Source of the DNA: an uncultured delta proteobacterium
Lineage (GTDB): Bacteria; Desulfobacterota; Syntrophia; Syntrophales; UBA2185
Assembly (NCBI GenBank): GCA_963729715.1
Contig: CAVSPA010000007.1
Location: forward strand, 288,001 to 352,000
DNA length: 64,000 nucleotides
Direction: 5' to 3'
The position numbers and the translations under genes were made by a program. Shown here piece by piece: positions 40,717 through 50,678 of this stretch; the stretch's first letter is position 1; every line of letters begins with the position of its first letter. The notes under the pieces are model-generated. The model saw only the letters and a program-made list of their open reading frames with translations. It did not search any database and was not told the origin of the DNA.

Positions 40717-40983
40717 TTACCCCTGAAGGGCGTTCACCTTCCTTGTTAACCTTGAAATCTTTCGTGAAGCCGTCTTTTTATGAAATACGCCCTTGGAAGC
40801 TGCCTTGGCGATAGCAGGTATCGCAGCGGCAAGGACAGTTTCCGAGCCCTTCTTGTCTTTCGTTTCAGCGGCTGATAGTACATGTTTTACGTGTGTCTTT
40901 ATACTGGATTTTACCGATGTGTTTCTCACGCGTCTCTTTTCGTTCTGCCTGCTCCTCTTTTCCGCGGATTTATGTGTGGCCAA
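40717..40983 (-). CDS. rpsT: 30S ribosomal protein S20
   Basis: MATHKSAEKR...KGVFHKKTASRKISRL. Confidence 0.96.
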   Translation of the reverse strand: MATHKSAEKRSRQNEKRRVRNTSVKSSIKTHVKHVLSAAETKDKKGSETVLAAAIPAIAKAASKGVFHKKTASRKISRLTRKVNALQG

Positions 40984-41205
40984 AAACTCTCCTCCTTCGA
41001 TTGTTGATAATCTTACTGTATGACAGAATTTTTAGCTGAAATCCCCGCGCCTGTCAAGTCTAAAGTGGTCATGAACACCTTTCTTGTTTCTAATATAGTT
41101 GACTTTTTCCTCGCACCGCCCATAAGATAGCAGGCGAATGATTCTCTTTTTGCAGTGCTGAAAGCATAGTGGTGGTCATACGAAGACTTACAAGAGGAGG
41201 GCCCC

Positions 41206-43338
41206 ATGGAAACCGAAGTGACAAAAATTCTATCCGAGGTAAAGCGGCAGGGGCGGGCTGTACTTACGGAGGTAGAGAGTAAGGAAGTGCTCACGGCTTG
41301 CGGCATCCCGGTCAGAACGGGTCAGGTGGCGACAGATCCGGAATCGGCGGCCGACATATCCGATAAGTTGGGATACCCTGTCGTGATGAAGATAGTATCT
41401 CCTGATATCCCGCACAAGTCTGACGTCGGGGGCGTGCGGGTAAATATTGGTTCAGCGGCGGCCGTTCATTCTGCATTCACCGACATCGTCACAAAAGCGA
41501 GACTGGAAAAGCCGAAAGCGGACATCCAGGGAGTGCTGATCTACCAGATGGTGCCGGAAGGAGTAGAACTGGTCATCGGAGCCACCTTCAGCCGCCAGTT
41601 TGGTCATGCCGTGATGTTCGGCCTGGGAGGCATTTTTGTTGAGGCTGCGATGGATGTAGTCTTCAGACTGGTACCCCTGAAGCGGGAAGATTCCCTCGAT
41701 ATGATTCAGGAGATCAGAGGCAGAAAAATCCTTGGCAATTTCCGCGGGAAACCGGCGGTAAATATTAATGCCGTAGCCGACATCATCGAGAAGCTCTCGG
41801 CGCTTGTGGCCGACCATCCAGAGATCATTGAGGTTGATCTAAACCCTGTCATCGCATCGGCAGCAGGAGCAATCGTCATTGATGCCCGCATGGCCCTTGG
41901 CGAACCGAATAAAATTGCCGATACGATATACTCTTCGGAAGAAATCGTTACCAGCATGAAAAGGATATTTTCGCCGGTGGGAATCGCCATCATCGGAGCT
42001 TCCGGCGATTCTTCCAAACTCGGATACTCCACAGTGAAGAATATCATTGATGGCGGCTACAAGGGAAAAATTTATCCCATAAATCCGAAAGTAGATCAGA
42101 TACTGGGGCTGAAATGCTACAAGAACGTACGGGAGATTCCCGGCAAGGTTGATGTCGCTGTGATTGTGATACCGGCGAAGAATGTTGCCGATGCGGTCAT
42201 AGCGCTCGGAGAAAAGGGGGCGGCCGGCGCCATCGTGATCTCCTCGGGGTTTGCCGAGATCGGCAATAACGACCTCCAGAAGGAGCTCGTTGAGACAGCC
42301 ATGAAGAGCGGGGTTCGCATACTCGGGCCAAATATTTTCGGGATATACTACACTCCGTCTGATCTCTGCGCGACTTTCTGCACACCCTACACGGAGAAAG
42401 GGCCAACGGCCCTATCCTGTCAGAGCGGCGGTGTGGGCATGGCCATCATCGGCTACAGCCGCTCTAACAGGATGGGTGTCTCGGCCATTGTCGGTGTGGG
42501 AAACAAGTGCGACGTCGATGAGGATGATCTGATCGAGTTCTTCGGCCAGGACCAGAACACGAAGGTGATCGCCATGCATGTGGAAGACATAAAGGACGGT
42601 GTCGCTTTTGTAAGGGCAGCCGTAAAGATAAGCCGGCAGAAGCCCATCATCGCACTCAAGGCCGGAGCCACTTCGTTAGGAGAAAGGGCGGCCTTCTCCC
42701 ACACGGGGGCTCTGGCGGGAGACGACAGGATCTACAGCGCTGCCTTCGCGAAAGCGGGGATAGTCAGGGTTTCCAATCTCGAAGACCTTCTGGATTGTGC
42801 CAGGAGCCTGGGAAAAATGCCGGCCCCAAAAGGGGAAAACGTCTTGATCGTTACGGGCGCCGGAGGTTTGGGCGTCCTTCTAGCAGATGCGTGCAGCAAG
42901 CATCAGCTTCAGCTCATGCACTTGGAAAAAGACCTGGATCAGGCCTTCAAAAAATTCATTCCGCCCTTCGGCGCCACAGGAAACCCCGTGGATATCACGG
43001 GAGGCGAGCCGCCGGCAACGTATGAAGCCACGATCCGGCTCGCCCTTGAAGACGACCGCATCGATGCCCTGATCCTCGGCTACTGGCATACACTGATTAC
43101 CCCGCCCCTGGTCTTTGCCGAAACCGTCATAAGGGCGAAGAAGGCAGCCGAGTCAATGAAAGTGCCGAAACCGATTGTCGCAGCCCTGTCGGGTGATGTC
43201 GAGGTGGAGCGTGCGGCCTCCCTTCTGGAAGCACACGGCATTCCTGCCTTTGCCTATTCGTCGGAAAAAGCCGTCGTGGTGCTCGGCGCCCTCTACCGAT
43301 GGGCGAGGATGGCGGGCAGGATCAAGCCCCGTTTGTAG
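41206..43338 (+). CDS. Acetate/acyl-CoA ligase (ADP-forming), beta-alpha fusion
   Basis: N-terminal ATP-grasp (GYPVVMKIVSPDIPHKSDVGGV, EVDLNP), then CoA-binding (IGAS, GPN) and phospho-His SHTGALAG. Confidence 0.9.
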   Translation: METEVTKILSEVKRQGRAVLTEVESKEVLTACGIPVRTGQVATDPESAADISDKLGYPVVMKIVSPDIPHKSDVGGVRVNIGSAAAVHSAFTDIVTKARLEKPKADIQGVLIYQMVPEGVELVIGATFSRQFGHAVMFGLGGIFVEAAMDVVFRLVPLKREDSLDMIQEIRGRKILGNFRGKPAVNINAVADIIEKLSALVADHPEIIEVDLNPVIASAAGAIVIDARMALGEPNKIADTIYSSEEIVTSMKRIFSPVGIAIIGASGDSSKLGYSTVKNIIDGGYKGKIYPINPKVDQILGLKCYKNVREIPGKVDVAVIVIPAKNVADAVIALGEKGAAGAIVISSGFAEIGNNDLQKELVETAMKSGVRILGPNIFGIYYTPSDLCATFCTPYTEKGPTALSCQSGGVGMAIIGYSRSNRMGVSAIVGVGNKCDVDEDDLIEFFGQDQNTKVIAMHVEDIKDGVAFVRAAVKISRQKPIIALKAGATSLGERAAFSHTGALAGDDRIYSAAFAKAGIVRVSNLEDLLDCARSLGKMPAPKGENVLIVTGAGGLGVLLADACSKHQLQLMHLEKDLDQAFKKFIPPFGATGNPVDITGGEPPATYEATIRLALEDDRIDALILGYWHTLITPPLVFAETVIRAKKAAESMKVPKPIVAALSGDVEVERAASLLEAHGIPAFAYSSEKAVVVLGALYRWARMAGRIKPRL

Positions 43339-43615
43339 CGAAGTAACAAAAATGATGATTACGCCGGTATTTTTCCATAAGCAAGACGAAGGTAAGAACG
43401 GCTTTAGAAAACAAGAGCTTCAAAGACATTAAGGTCCTGACATTATGCATACTGGCTTTTCTCGTTCTCGCAGAGGACTTTAATGTCATGACCTTTGTGG
43501 ATGCATGTTCTATTGCTCTGTAGAAATCCGCATCTGAATTCGGTAGCGAGCGCAAACACCTTCGCTTGCTGCGGGTAAGTGAGCGAATGACGAACGATAA
43601 TGTTCCTTAAGAATC

Positions 43616-43651
43616 GAAGATTCTCCGCAGCTTGCTGCAGAGAGCTTCAAT
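43616..43651. repeat. Second copy of the palindrome at 4934-4973
   Basis: 43622-43651 is 29/30 identical to 4943-4972. Confidence 0.75.
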
Positions 43652-44474
43652 CAGAACCTCAGCGCCATTCCTGCGAGATAAGTAATATCTGCCTCGGCGT
43701 TGTTCAAACCTGCCTTGATGCCGAAATCGATATCCATATTCTCTCTTATGGAATAGATAAACCCGCCTAATATAAATGCCGGGTCAGTATCAGACAACTT
43801 GTCGGTATTTCGCTCCGCGCCGATGTTGGCAACCAACTTCAAATTTTTCATAACTTTATATTCGCCGGCCAGAGACGCATGCCAGATATCTTCTCTCTCA
43901 TCTATATTATTTTCATTTCTCTTATAGCCAAGATTCCGGTGAAACGCACACGGGTCTATTTCCTTTGTGGCAATGAAATAAAGCGTGCCCGTCCCCCTTC
44001 CCGTCCCAAGATCCTTATCCTTGTCGCCCGCTGGGAGCGTTATCCCCGCTTGACAGCAAGGCTCAAGCCGTCTTTTTCGAAGAAACGCCACTTGATCTCC
44101 ATGGATACGTCCGCAACGCCACTTACGTCAGACACAGTCGCATCGCTTACTTCCGTCTTCTTCCACTGGTGGGGAATAGTCCAGATCACATCGATATTAT
44201 CAATAACGCCGTAGGTCAGTGCTGCCCTTAGCTCGGTTTCTCTCTCTTTTGCCGTCACATTGGCGCCGATCCCTTCTGCTGACTTTTCTGTTTCACTACC
44301 CATTTGACCATTCAGCTCGAAAAGATATTTCCCTTTCCCCTGTGTGCCTGCATCGTCGGTAATGAGGGGATGCGCCGCATGACTCAAAGTCGAAAAAGCG
44401 TGGGGCACAATTATAATGCAAAATATCACTCTTATGCTTTTCATAACGAAATGGATGGTATTAGAAATTATCAT
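43651..44474 (-). pseudogene. Outer-membrane beta-barrel (MetA-pathway/transporter family), one frameshift
   Basis: Signal peptide, AHPLITDDAGTQGKG, terminal aromatic LRF; frame break near 44050 (LAVK|GITLPAGD). Confidence 0.7.
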
Positions 44475-44562
44475 TAGTTAAATTTACTGAACTCTCCGTT
44501 AGAACCATATTCGTATATAGAGAAAACCTCCCATCAGCTAACGCAAGTGCAGAAGCAATATA

Positions 44563-45399
44563 TCAACTGTCCACATTATCGGCCTTCCTGTCGTGACGGT
44601 GAAACAGGTAATGAGAATGGATATGGATGTGGGCATGATTCCCGTGGTAATGAACATGCTCGTGGATGAGATTGACTCTCAACAATAGGTCCTCATCCTG
44701 CAATATCTCCTCGGCAGTCCCGATTTTTTCAACACGGTGATCTTCAGAAAGGACGGCAACACGGCATCTGAGCTCACTGATAAGAGACAAGTCGTGGGTG
44801 GCAATGACGAGGGTTTTTCCTGCGTCATTGAGGAGAATCATCAGTTCTATCAGGAAGCTTTTTGTTCTCGGATCGAGACCGTTCATCGGCTCATCGAGCA
44901 GGAGAAGACGGGGGTTCATGGTAAGAATAGAACCGATGGCGACCCTCTTTTTTTCACCTCCCGATAACATGTAGGGGGGCCGATCCTCAAGATGAGAAAT
45001 TTCTAACATTGCCATAATCTCGCTGACCCGCCCGGAAGCCTCCTCTTCGGAAAGACCTAACTGGAGCGGACCAAACATCAGTTCATCGAAAACGGTCGGG
45101 CAGAAAAGATGGACGTCAGAATCCTGAAAGACATAACCCACGCTGCTCCTGAAATATTTCAGAAATGTCCTGTCCCGGAGCGCACGCTCAGAAACTTCTT
45201 TTCCCTGGAAATACACCCTGCCCGAACGGGGATAAATCAGTCCGTTCATGACATGCAGGAGCGTCGACTTACCACACCCGTTAGAACCGATAACTGCAAA
45301 TATTTCACCTTCAGAAATACCCATGCTCACCCGTGATAAAGCGGGGATATTATCATGATAGGCATAGCTTACGTCGTCAATTTGGATAATATCTGCCAT
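44563..45399 (-). CDS. cbiO: ECF Ni/Co transporter ATPase with His-rich tail
   Basis: GSNGCGKST, VFQDSD, LSGGEKKR, LDEP; C-terminal HEHVHYHGNHAHIHIHSH. Confidence 0.9.
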   Translation of the reverse strand: MADIIQIDDVSYAYHDNIPALSRVSMGISEGEIFAVIGSNGCGKSTLLHVMNGLIYPRSGRVYFQGKEVSERALRDRTFLKYFRSSVGYVFQDSDVHLFCPTVFDELMFGPLQLGLSEEEASGRVSEIMAMLEISHLEDRPPYMLSGGEKKRVAIGSILTMNPRLLLLDEPMNGLDPRTKSFLIELMILLNDAGKTLVIATHDLSLISELRCRVAVLSEDHRVEKIGTAEEILQDEDLLLRVNLIHEHVHYHGNHAHIHIHSHYLFHRHDRKADNVDS

Positions 45400-45406
45400 C
45401 TTATTC

Positions 45407-46333
45407 TCACATCCATAAAAGGAAAATCCCGGCAAGCAGGAAGAAGCAGCCGGAAAGCCGATCCATCGCAGTCAGCTCGCCGATATCGGACAGCCTCACC
45501 TCTTGGGCAAAGCCTCTCGCTACCATTGCTCTGAATACTTCCTCATACCGGGACATGGACTTTCTGAACATATGTGCAATTCTCCCGGCCACCCAGATCC
45601 GCGCTTCGTCATCTCTTGCCATTCCTACAAGCCTGCTTTTTCTGGCAAGGTACATGCTCTCTACTGTTTTTGCGAAAATAAAAATGTACTTGTAAGAAAG
45701 AGTAATAACCAGGAGTAGAGCTTGGGGAACGCGGAAAACTTGCAGCGCCTTGATGATCCTGTGAAACGGCGTGGTATAGATCACTAAAAGAGAAACGGCA
45801 AGAGAGTTCATCATTCTCAGACAGAGCATCATCACGCAATCAAGCCCCTGCCTTGTGAGGCCTATCTCTTCGGGGATATGATAAATCGGGAATTCATATG
45901 GATGCGACAAATGGATGACAGGCATAATTAATTCTCCCGGCGTTACCACATTAAAGGCGGATGGGAAGACAACCAGAAATCCAAAAAGAAACGTCAAGCC
46001 GGCTATTTTTTTGTAGAATTGCGCGAGGTTTATCCGTGACGAGACGACGAGAAGGAAGGTAAACAGGGTGATTGCCGCCTCGGGTAATATATTCGTTTTC
46101 AGACTGACAATGACGACAAAGAAGATGAGAAAGAAAACCTTCACCCTCGGATCGAGCTTCTGAAAAAAACCTTTCCCTGACCCCTGACCCACGTTTAAAT
46201 AACCGGCCGTAATAATATCCGACAGATGTCCTATTCCCTTCTCTATATACGAAAGCCTTAGTGTGCCACTCTCGCCGGCATTATGTGCCTGCGCGGGTGT
46301 GCACAGAAGAAAGTCCGGAATCTTATTTCTCAT
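45407..46333 (-). CDS. cbiQ: ECF transmembrane T component
   Basis: LDPRVK, YKYIF, ARKSR, AMVARGF. Confidence 0.88.
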   Translation of the reverse strand: MRNKIPDFLLCTPAQAHNAGESGTLRLSYIEKGIGHLSDIITAGYLNVGQGSGKGFFQKLDPRVKVFFLIFFVVIVSLKTNILPEAAITLFTFLLVVSSRINLAQFYKKIAGLTFLFGFLVVFPSAFNVVTPGELIMPVIHLSHPYEFPIYHIPEEIGLTRQGLDCVMMLCLRMMNSLAVSLLVIYTTPFHRIIKALQVFRVPQALLLVITLSYKYIFIFAKTVESMYLARKSRLVGMARDDEARIWVAGRIAHMFRKSMSRYEEVFRAMVARGFAQEVRLSDIGELTAMDRLSGCFFLLAGIFLLWM

Positions 46334-46658
46334 GTTTGAAAAGCAGTCTCGATATTATTAGGACTATGACCCACGCAAGGACGATTCCTATAAGAGCGGA
46401 CACAATATAGGAAACAATCCTTGTTGAGATCAGTGAAACTTCTCCACCGAAGTTATAATTCCGTATGGGGGCCGCCCAGATGTCTGCGGTCTTCTTTAAA
46501 CCGCTGGGAACATAGCCCAGAAGCTTTTCGAGGGTATCTGCGCTCCACTCTCCCCAGGCTCCTTCAGCATCGAATTTTCCCGGCAGGATAATTCCGAGGG
46601 GAGACAAGAGGGCCATCACGAAAAGCCACAGCCATAGTCTTTTCTCAAGCCGCTTCAC
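46323..46658 (-). CDS. PDGLE/NikN-like accessory membrane protein
   Basis: LSPLG...AWGEW...APIRNY, two TM helices, between cbiM and cbiQ. Confidence 0.8.
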   Translation of the reverse strand: MKRLEKRLWLWLFVMALLSPLGIILPGKFDAEGAWGEWSADTLEKLLGYVPSGLKKTADIWAAPIRNYNFGGEVSLISTRIVSYIVSALIGIVLAWVIVLIISRLLFKHEK

Positions 46659-47340
46659 GGGAAGCCTCTCTCATTGCATAAATGAGTGTCGACTCATTAT
46701 TCAGAAAATATTTTAAAAGCGCAACCGTAATGACGCCTTCGACGATGCTGAAAAGGAACAGATGTTCAATAGCCATGGCAGGAATGGCAATGGAAAGGGG
46801 ATACGGTGCATACAGCGGCACGCCGTCAGGACCGGAAGCAATGACAGGCTGGATGCCGAGCATGATAGCGGCCGAGACGGCGGCGGCGGTAAGTCCAAGA
46901 TAACCTGAAAGAAAAGCCGCTGCGAGGACCCTTACTCTGTTCTGCGATAAGCCTTTGATCAAATTGAATGTCCAGTAGGCAACGAAAGGCATGACTATAG
47001 CCATATTAAAACAGTTGGCGCCTATGGCTGTGATGCCGCCATCGCCGAAGACAAACGCCTGTATAATCAAGACGACGGAGACGGCAATGACCGCCGTCCA
47101 GGGCCCCAGGAGCAGGGCGATGATACCCGCCCCGACAGCATGCCCCGATGTCCCCCCGGGGACAGGAATATTGAACATCTGAACGAGAAAGGAGAATGCG
47201 GCAGCCATGGCCAGGTAAGGAACATGTTTGGCGGAGAGCTCATTCTTAATCTTTTTCAGGGCTATTCCCCAGACTGCTATTGACGCACCATAAAGGGGAA
47301 TATATGTCTGGGGACTGAGATAACCATCGGGAATATGCAT
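46645..47340 (-). CDS. cbiM: ECF Ni/Co S component CbiM/NikM
   Basis: N-terminal MHIPDGYL, GGTSGH, FGDGGITAIGAN. Confidence 0.93.
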   Translation of the reverse strand: MHIPDGYLSPQTYIPLYGASIAVWGIALKKIKNELSAKHVPYLAMAAAFSFLVQMFNIPVPGGTSGHAVGAGIIALLLGPWTAVIAVSVVLIIQAFVFGDGGITAIGANCFNMAIVMPFVAYWTFNLIKGLSQNRVRVLAAAFLSGYLGLTAAAVSAAIMLGIQPVIASGPDGVPLYAPYPLSIAIPAMAIEHLFLFSIVEGVITVALLKYFLNNESTLIYAMREASREAA

Positions 47341-47361
47341 ACCAACCACCAAAGCGTGATT

Positions 47362-47388
47362 GTGCTATGAACCTATATTTCGTGCCAC
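47362..47388. promoter_or_regulatory. NikR-like operator (degenerate)
   Basis: GTGCTAT-N13-GTGCCAC just upstream of cbiM. Confidence 0.55.
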
Positions 47389-47542
47389 GCATGCACAAAA
47401 AAAATAATACCGACTGCCTTATAGCGATCTCCCGGAACCTGATATGGAGAACGACACTTTCCGTACGACTATGGCCAATTTATTGAGTAAAGACTTTTGC
47501 AACGGCGCGGCGAATATTAATAACTCTGACGCCGATTCTATC

Positions 47543-47569
47543 GTGCTATTTTTTCGTATTTTGTAGCAC
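47543..47569. promoter_or_regulatory. NikR-like operator
   Basis: GTGCTAT-N13-GTAGCAC near-perfect spaced palindrome, next to a minus-strand TTGACA at 47583-47588. Confidence 0.68.
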
Positions 47570-47676
47570 AGCGCGATGCGGCTGTCAAGAGAAAAATTGG
47601 ACAACGCGAGGGCACTGAGAAGGCCGACTCTTGCCATGCCCGTCCATGCATGGGCATATGGGGGCAGCAACGGGGA

Positions 47677-48333
47677 TCAATCGATGATAATTTTGCAGAA
47701 GCGCTCCGATATGTATTTCAGCTTTTCCAGCTCCTTTACGAGATCTTCCAGCGGGGGTCTCTTGTTAATATCGTGAACGTCTATATAACGTATGATTCCT
47801 TTCTTATCGATGACGATCATCGTTCGCTCCGCTACCCCGTCGGCGCGAAAAACTCCATACATGGATGCAACCTTTCCATGCGGCCAGAAATCGGAGAGCA
47901 CCGGAAACCACAAATCGCCCATCTGTTTCGTCCAGGAAAACAAGGTAGGAATGTTATCCACAGAGATGCCGAGCAGTATGGCATCATGTTTATCAAATAT
48001 GTCTTTCACTATGTTGTAACCCGGCCATTGGTCTGAGCAGACGGGAGTCCATGCTGCTGGTACAAATGAGATGACAACATTCTTCTTGCCCCGGTACTGT
48101 CTCAGGGACACCGTCTCCCCTGATACGGCTTTCAGTATAAAATTAGGGGCTCTGTCTCCTGCCTTCAGCTTCAAGACGCTGTCCGTAGGCTTGAGGAGAC
48201 CGGGGTTGTAGATATTATTCTTAACCGCATCAGAAATACCGAATGCCGCCTGAGACGCCGGAGAATAAATGAAAATCACAAGACCCATCCCTGTTAGTAA
48301 GACAAAGAAAAAATATCGGCCGTATTTTTTCAT
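47677..48333 (-). CDS. Exported peroxiredoxin/redoxin (AhpC-TSA family)
   Basis: SFVPAAWTPVCS, GISVD, LSDFWPHG, ERT. Confidence 0.85.
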   Translation of the reverse strand: MKKYGRYFFFVLLTGMGLVIFIYSPASQAAFGISDAVKNNIYNPGLLKPTDSVLKLKAGDRAPNFILKAVSGETVSLRQYRGKKNVVISFVPAAWTPVCSDQWPGYNIVKDIFDKHDAILLGISVDNIPTLFSWTKQMGDLWFPVLSDFWPHGKVASMYGVFRADGVAERTMIVIDKKGIIRYIDVHDINKRPPLEDLVKELEKLKYISERFCKIIID

Positions 48334-48343
48334 ATCAACCCTC

Positions 48344-48921
48344 CTATTGTAAGTCGGACAATTTAATCAACGTGGAGAGAAAATCATCAACTCCGCCAAT
48401 GGCACCGAGTTTGGAATAAATAACCCTATTGGTGCCATCAGGATTTATTTTCACTGCAATAAAGTACGGCGTCCTCACTTCCCCTACCAACCCATGGATA
48501 ACGAATTTTTCATCGGTAAAAAGAGGGAATGGCACATTGTATTTCTTACTGAAGATTCCGACTTCAAAGGGTGTATTGCCGGCGCCAATGCCAATAACCT
48601 TGACAACATCCTTAAGAGCGGGATTATGGTCAATCTTGGCATACAGTTTATTTACATTGGGTGCTTCCCTCTGGCAATAGGGGCAGTACATGTTGAAAAT
48701 CTCGATAACAACCACCTTCGCTCTTATCTGGGGTATCTTGAATGAACCAAAACCGGAAAGGCCAAGATAATTCTTGTCTGCAGAATCTCTCGGTGCGGAA
48801 AGCGTTATGTCCGGCAATGTTCCGCCCACCGCCGGCGGAGAACTTGCCGCTATTGCGGCACTTGCTGCCCAAAGAAGAGTCGCTATAACTGCAAGCCCGC
48901 ACACTGTGCTTTTTTCATCAT
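48344..48921 (-). CDS. TlpA-like thiol-disulfide oxidoreductase; apparent -1 frameshift in signal peptide
   Basis: FNMYCPYCQREAP, RTP; GGAGG-led ATG 48921 is out of frame by one A in the 48910-48915 run. Confidence 0.78.
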
Positions 48922-49098
48922 ATTTCCTCCGTCTTTCCCTTAGTGGCCAGTCCCAGTCTATTCATATAAAACTACTTCACCCATGCACATGTGTCAAAAA
49001 AAAGTTACCGCTGGAATGTCAACGTGTTGACAACCTATCACCTAAGATGATAAATAATACATTCCATGCTGAACTGACTATTACTACGGCGGCAGGTT

Positions 49099-49917
49099 AT
49101 GACAGAGCTTTCATCAAAACTGAAATCGCTGGAAAAGATACTGACTGATATGGGGAGTGTCCTCATCGCCTATTCCGGGGGCACGGACAGCACCTTCCTG
49201 CTCAAGGTTGCGGCAAACGTCTTGGGTGACAAGGCCGTAGCAGTCACTGCGAGTTCGGAAACATACACGCCACAGGAACTCCGGGAAGCCAAGAAGAACG
49301 CGGAAATAATCGGCGCACAGCACATTGTAGTATACACAAATGAACTGGACGACCCGAATTTCTCGTCCAATCCCCCGGATAGATGCTACCATTGCAAGAA
49401 GGAGCTTTTCACCAAGCTTACCGAACTGGCAAAGCGGCACCGTCTCAACACTATTATAGATGGTTCAACGTGTGATGATGAAATGGATTTCCGTCCGGGA
49501 ATGAGAGCGGTCGCGGAGTTCGACGTCAAAAGCCCTCTTAAGGATGCGGGTTTCACAAAAGATAACATCAGAAAACTGTCGAAAGAGATGAATCTCCCTA
49601 CGTGGGATAAGCCGCCACTGCCCTGTCTATCAACGAGATTTCCATACGGCACGCAAATCACGAAAGAGAAGGTACTGCGCGTCGGTCGTGCAGAAGAGTT
49701 TCTGGCAGGTTTCGGAATCCGCCAATTGAGGGTCAGGGACCATGGTGATGTTGCCAGGATAGAGGTGCTCCGCGCGGACATGCCCATATTTATCGATGAG
49801 GGGATATCAAAACTGATTGCGGAAAAATTCAAACTCCTGGGATATGCATATGTCGCTCTGGATGTTCAGGGTTACAGGATGGGCAGCATGAATGAACCCT
49901 TGAAGGACGAGGAATAG
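49099..49917 (+). CDS. larE: ATP-dependent sacrificial sulfur transferase
   Basis: AYSGGTDS, RCYHCK, FRPG, CLSTRFPYG, RMGSMN. Confidence 0.93.
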   Translation: MTELSSKLKSLEKILTDMGSVLIAYSGGTDSTFLLKVAANVLGDKAVAVTASSETYTPQELREAKKNAEIIGAQHIVVYTNELDDPNFSSNPPDRCYHCKKELFTKLTELAKRHRLNTIIDGSTCDDEMDFRPGMRAVAEFDVKSPLKDAGFTKDNIRKLSKEMNLPTWDKPPLPCLSTRFPYGTQITKEKVLRVGRAEEFLAGFGIRQLRVRDHGDVARIEVLRADMPIFIDEGISKLIAEKFKLLGYAYVALDVQGYRMGSMNEPLKDEE

Positions 49918-49919
49918 AG

Positions 49920-50678
49920 ATGGATAGAGAAAAGATCAGGAAACTTTTGGAAAACGTTAGAACCGGAAAAACGGGGATCGATGATGCACTGAGGGCCTTA
50001 AAATCTTTTCCCTACCAGGATTTGGGCGACGCCAAGATCGATACACACAGGGATTTGCGGAGAGGTTTTCCGGAAGTGATACTGTGCCGGGGAAAAACTA
50101 TCGAACAAATCACGAGAATTGTAGAGAGCCTCTCAGTGGAGACGAAATTCATTATGGCAACAAAGGCCGACAAGGTGGTCTTCAAAGCCATCAGGAAAAT
50201 AAGAAAAGATGCCGTCTACTACGAAGCGGCCAAAATCGTCATGGCGGGAAAGAAAAGGAAGATGAAATCTGCCAAGTCGATCCTTGTAGTCACTGCGGGA
50301 ACATCCGATGTGCCTATCGCGGAGGAGGCGGCGATTACGGCAGAGATCATGGGAAATGCCGTCGAAAGGATCTACGACATCGGTGTCGCCGGAGTGCACA
50401 GACTTTTCGACAGCAAGGAAAAGCTGTTCAACGCCAATGTCATAATAGTGGTGGCCGGCATGGAAGGGGCCCTGGCAAGCATAATTGGCGGACTTGTCGA
50501 CAGCCCTGTGATTTCCGTCCCAACCAGCGTGGGCTACGGCGCAAGTTTCGAAGGCCTGGCGGCGTTGCTGTCCATGCTGAACTGTTGTTCACCAGGCTCG
50601 GTAACTGTAAACATTGATAACGGATTTGGGGCTGGATACTTTGCAAGTCTCATAAACCATATGGGTGAGGAAAAATGA
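49920..50678 (+). CDS. larB: NPN cofactor biosynthesis carboxylase/hydrolase
   Basis: GFPEV, TAGTSD, VAGMEGAL, PTSVGYG, VNIDNGFGA. Confidence 0.94.
   Translation: MDREKIRKLLENVRTGKTGIDDALRALKSFPYQDLGDAKIDTHRDLRRGFPEVILCRGKTIEQITRIVESLSVETKFIMATKADKVVFKAIRKIRKDAVYYEAAKIVMAGKKRKMKSAKSILVVTAGTSDVPIAEEAAITAEIMGNAVERIYDIGVAGVHRLFDSKEKLFNANVIIVVAGMEGALASIIGGLVDSPVISVPTSVGYGASFEGLAALLSMLNCCSPGSVTVNIDNGFGAGYFASLINHMGEEK

Noticed and set aside
47341..47676. Cobalamin riboswitch upstream of cbiM
   Set aside because: No recognisable B12-box by eye; NikR-like palindromes explain the region better (Rfam scan not run).
47677..48333. Selenocysteine in the peroxiredoxin active site
   Set aside because: The codon in WTPVC is TGC, not TGA.
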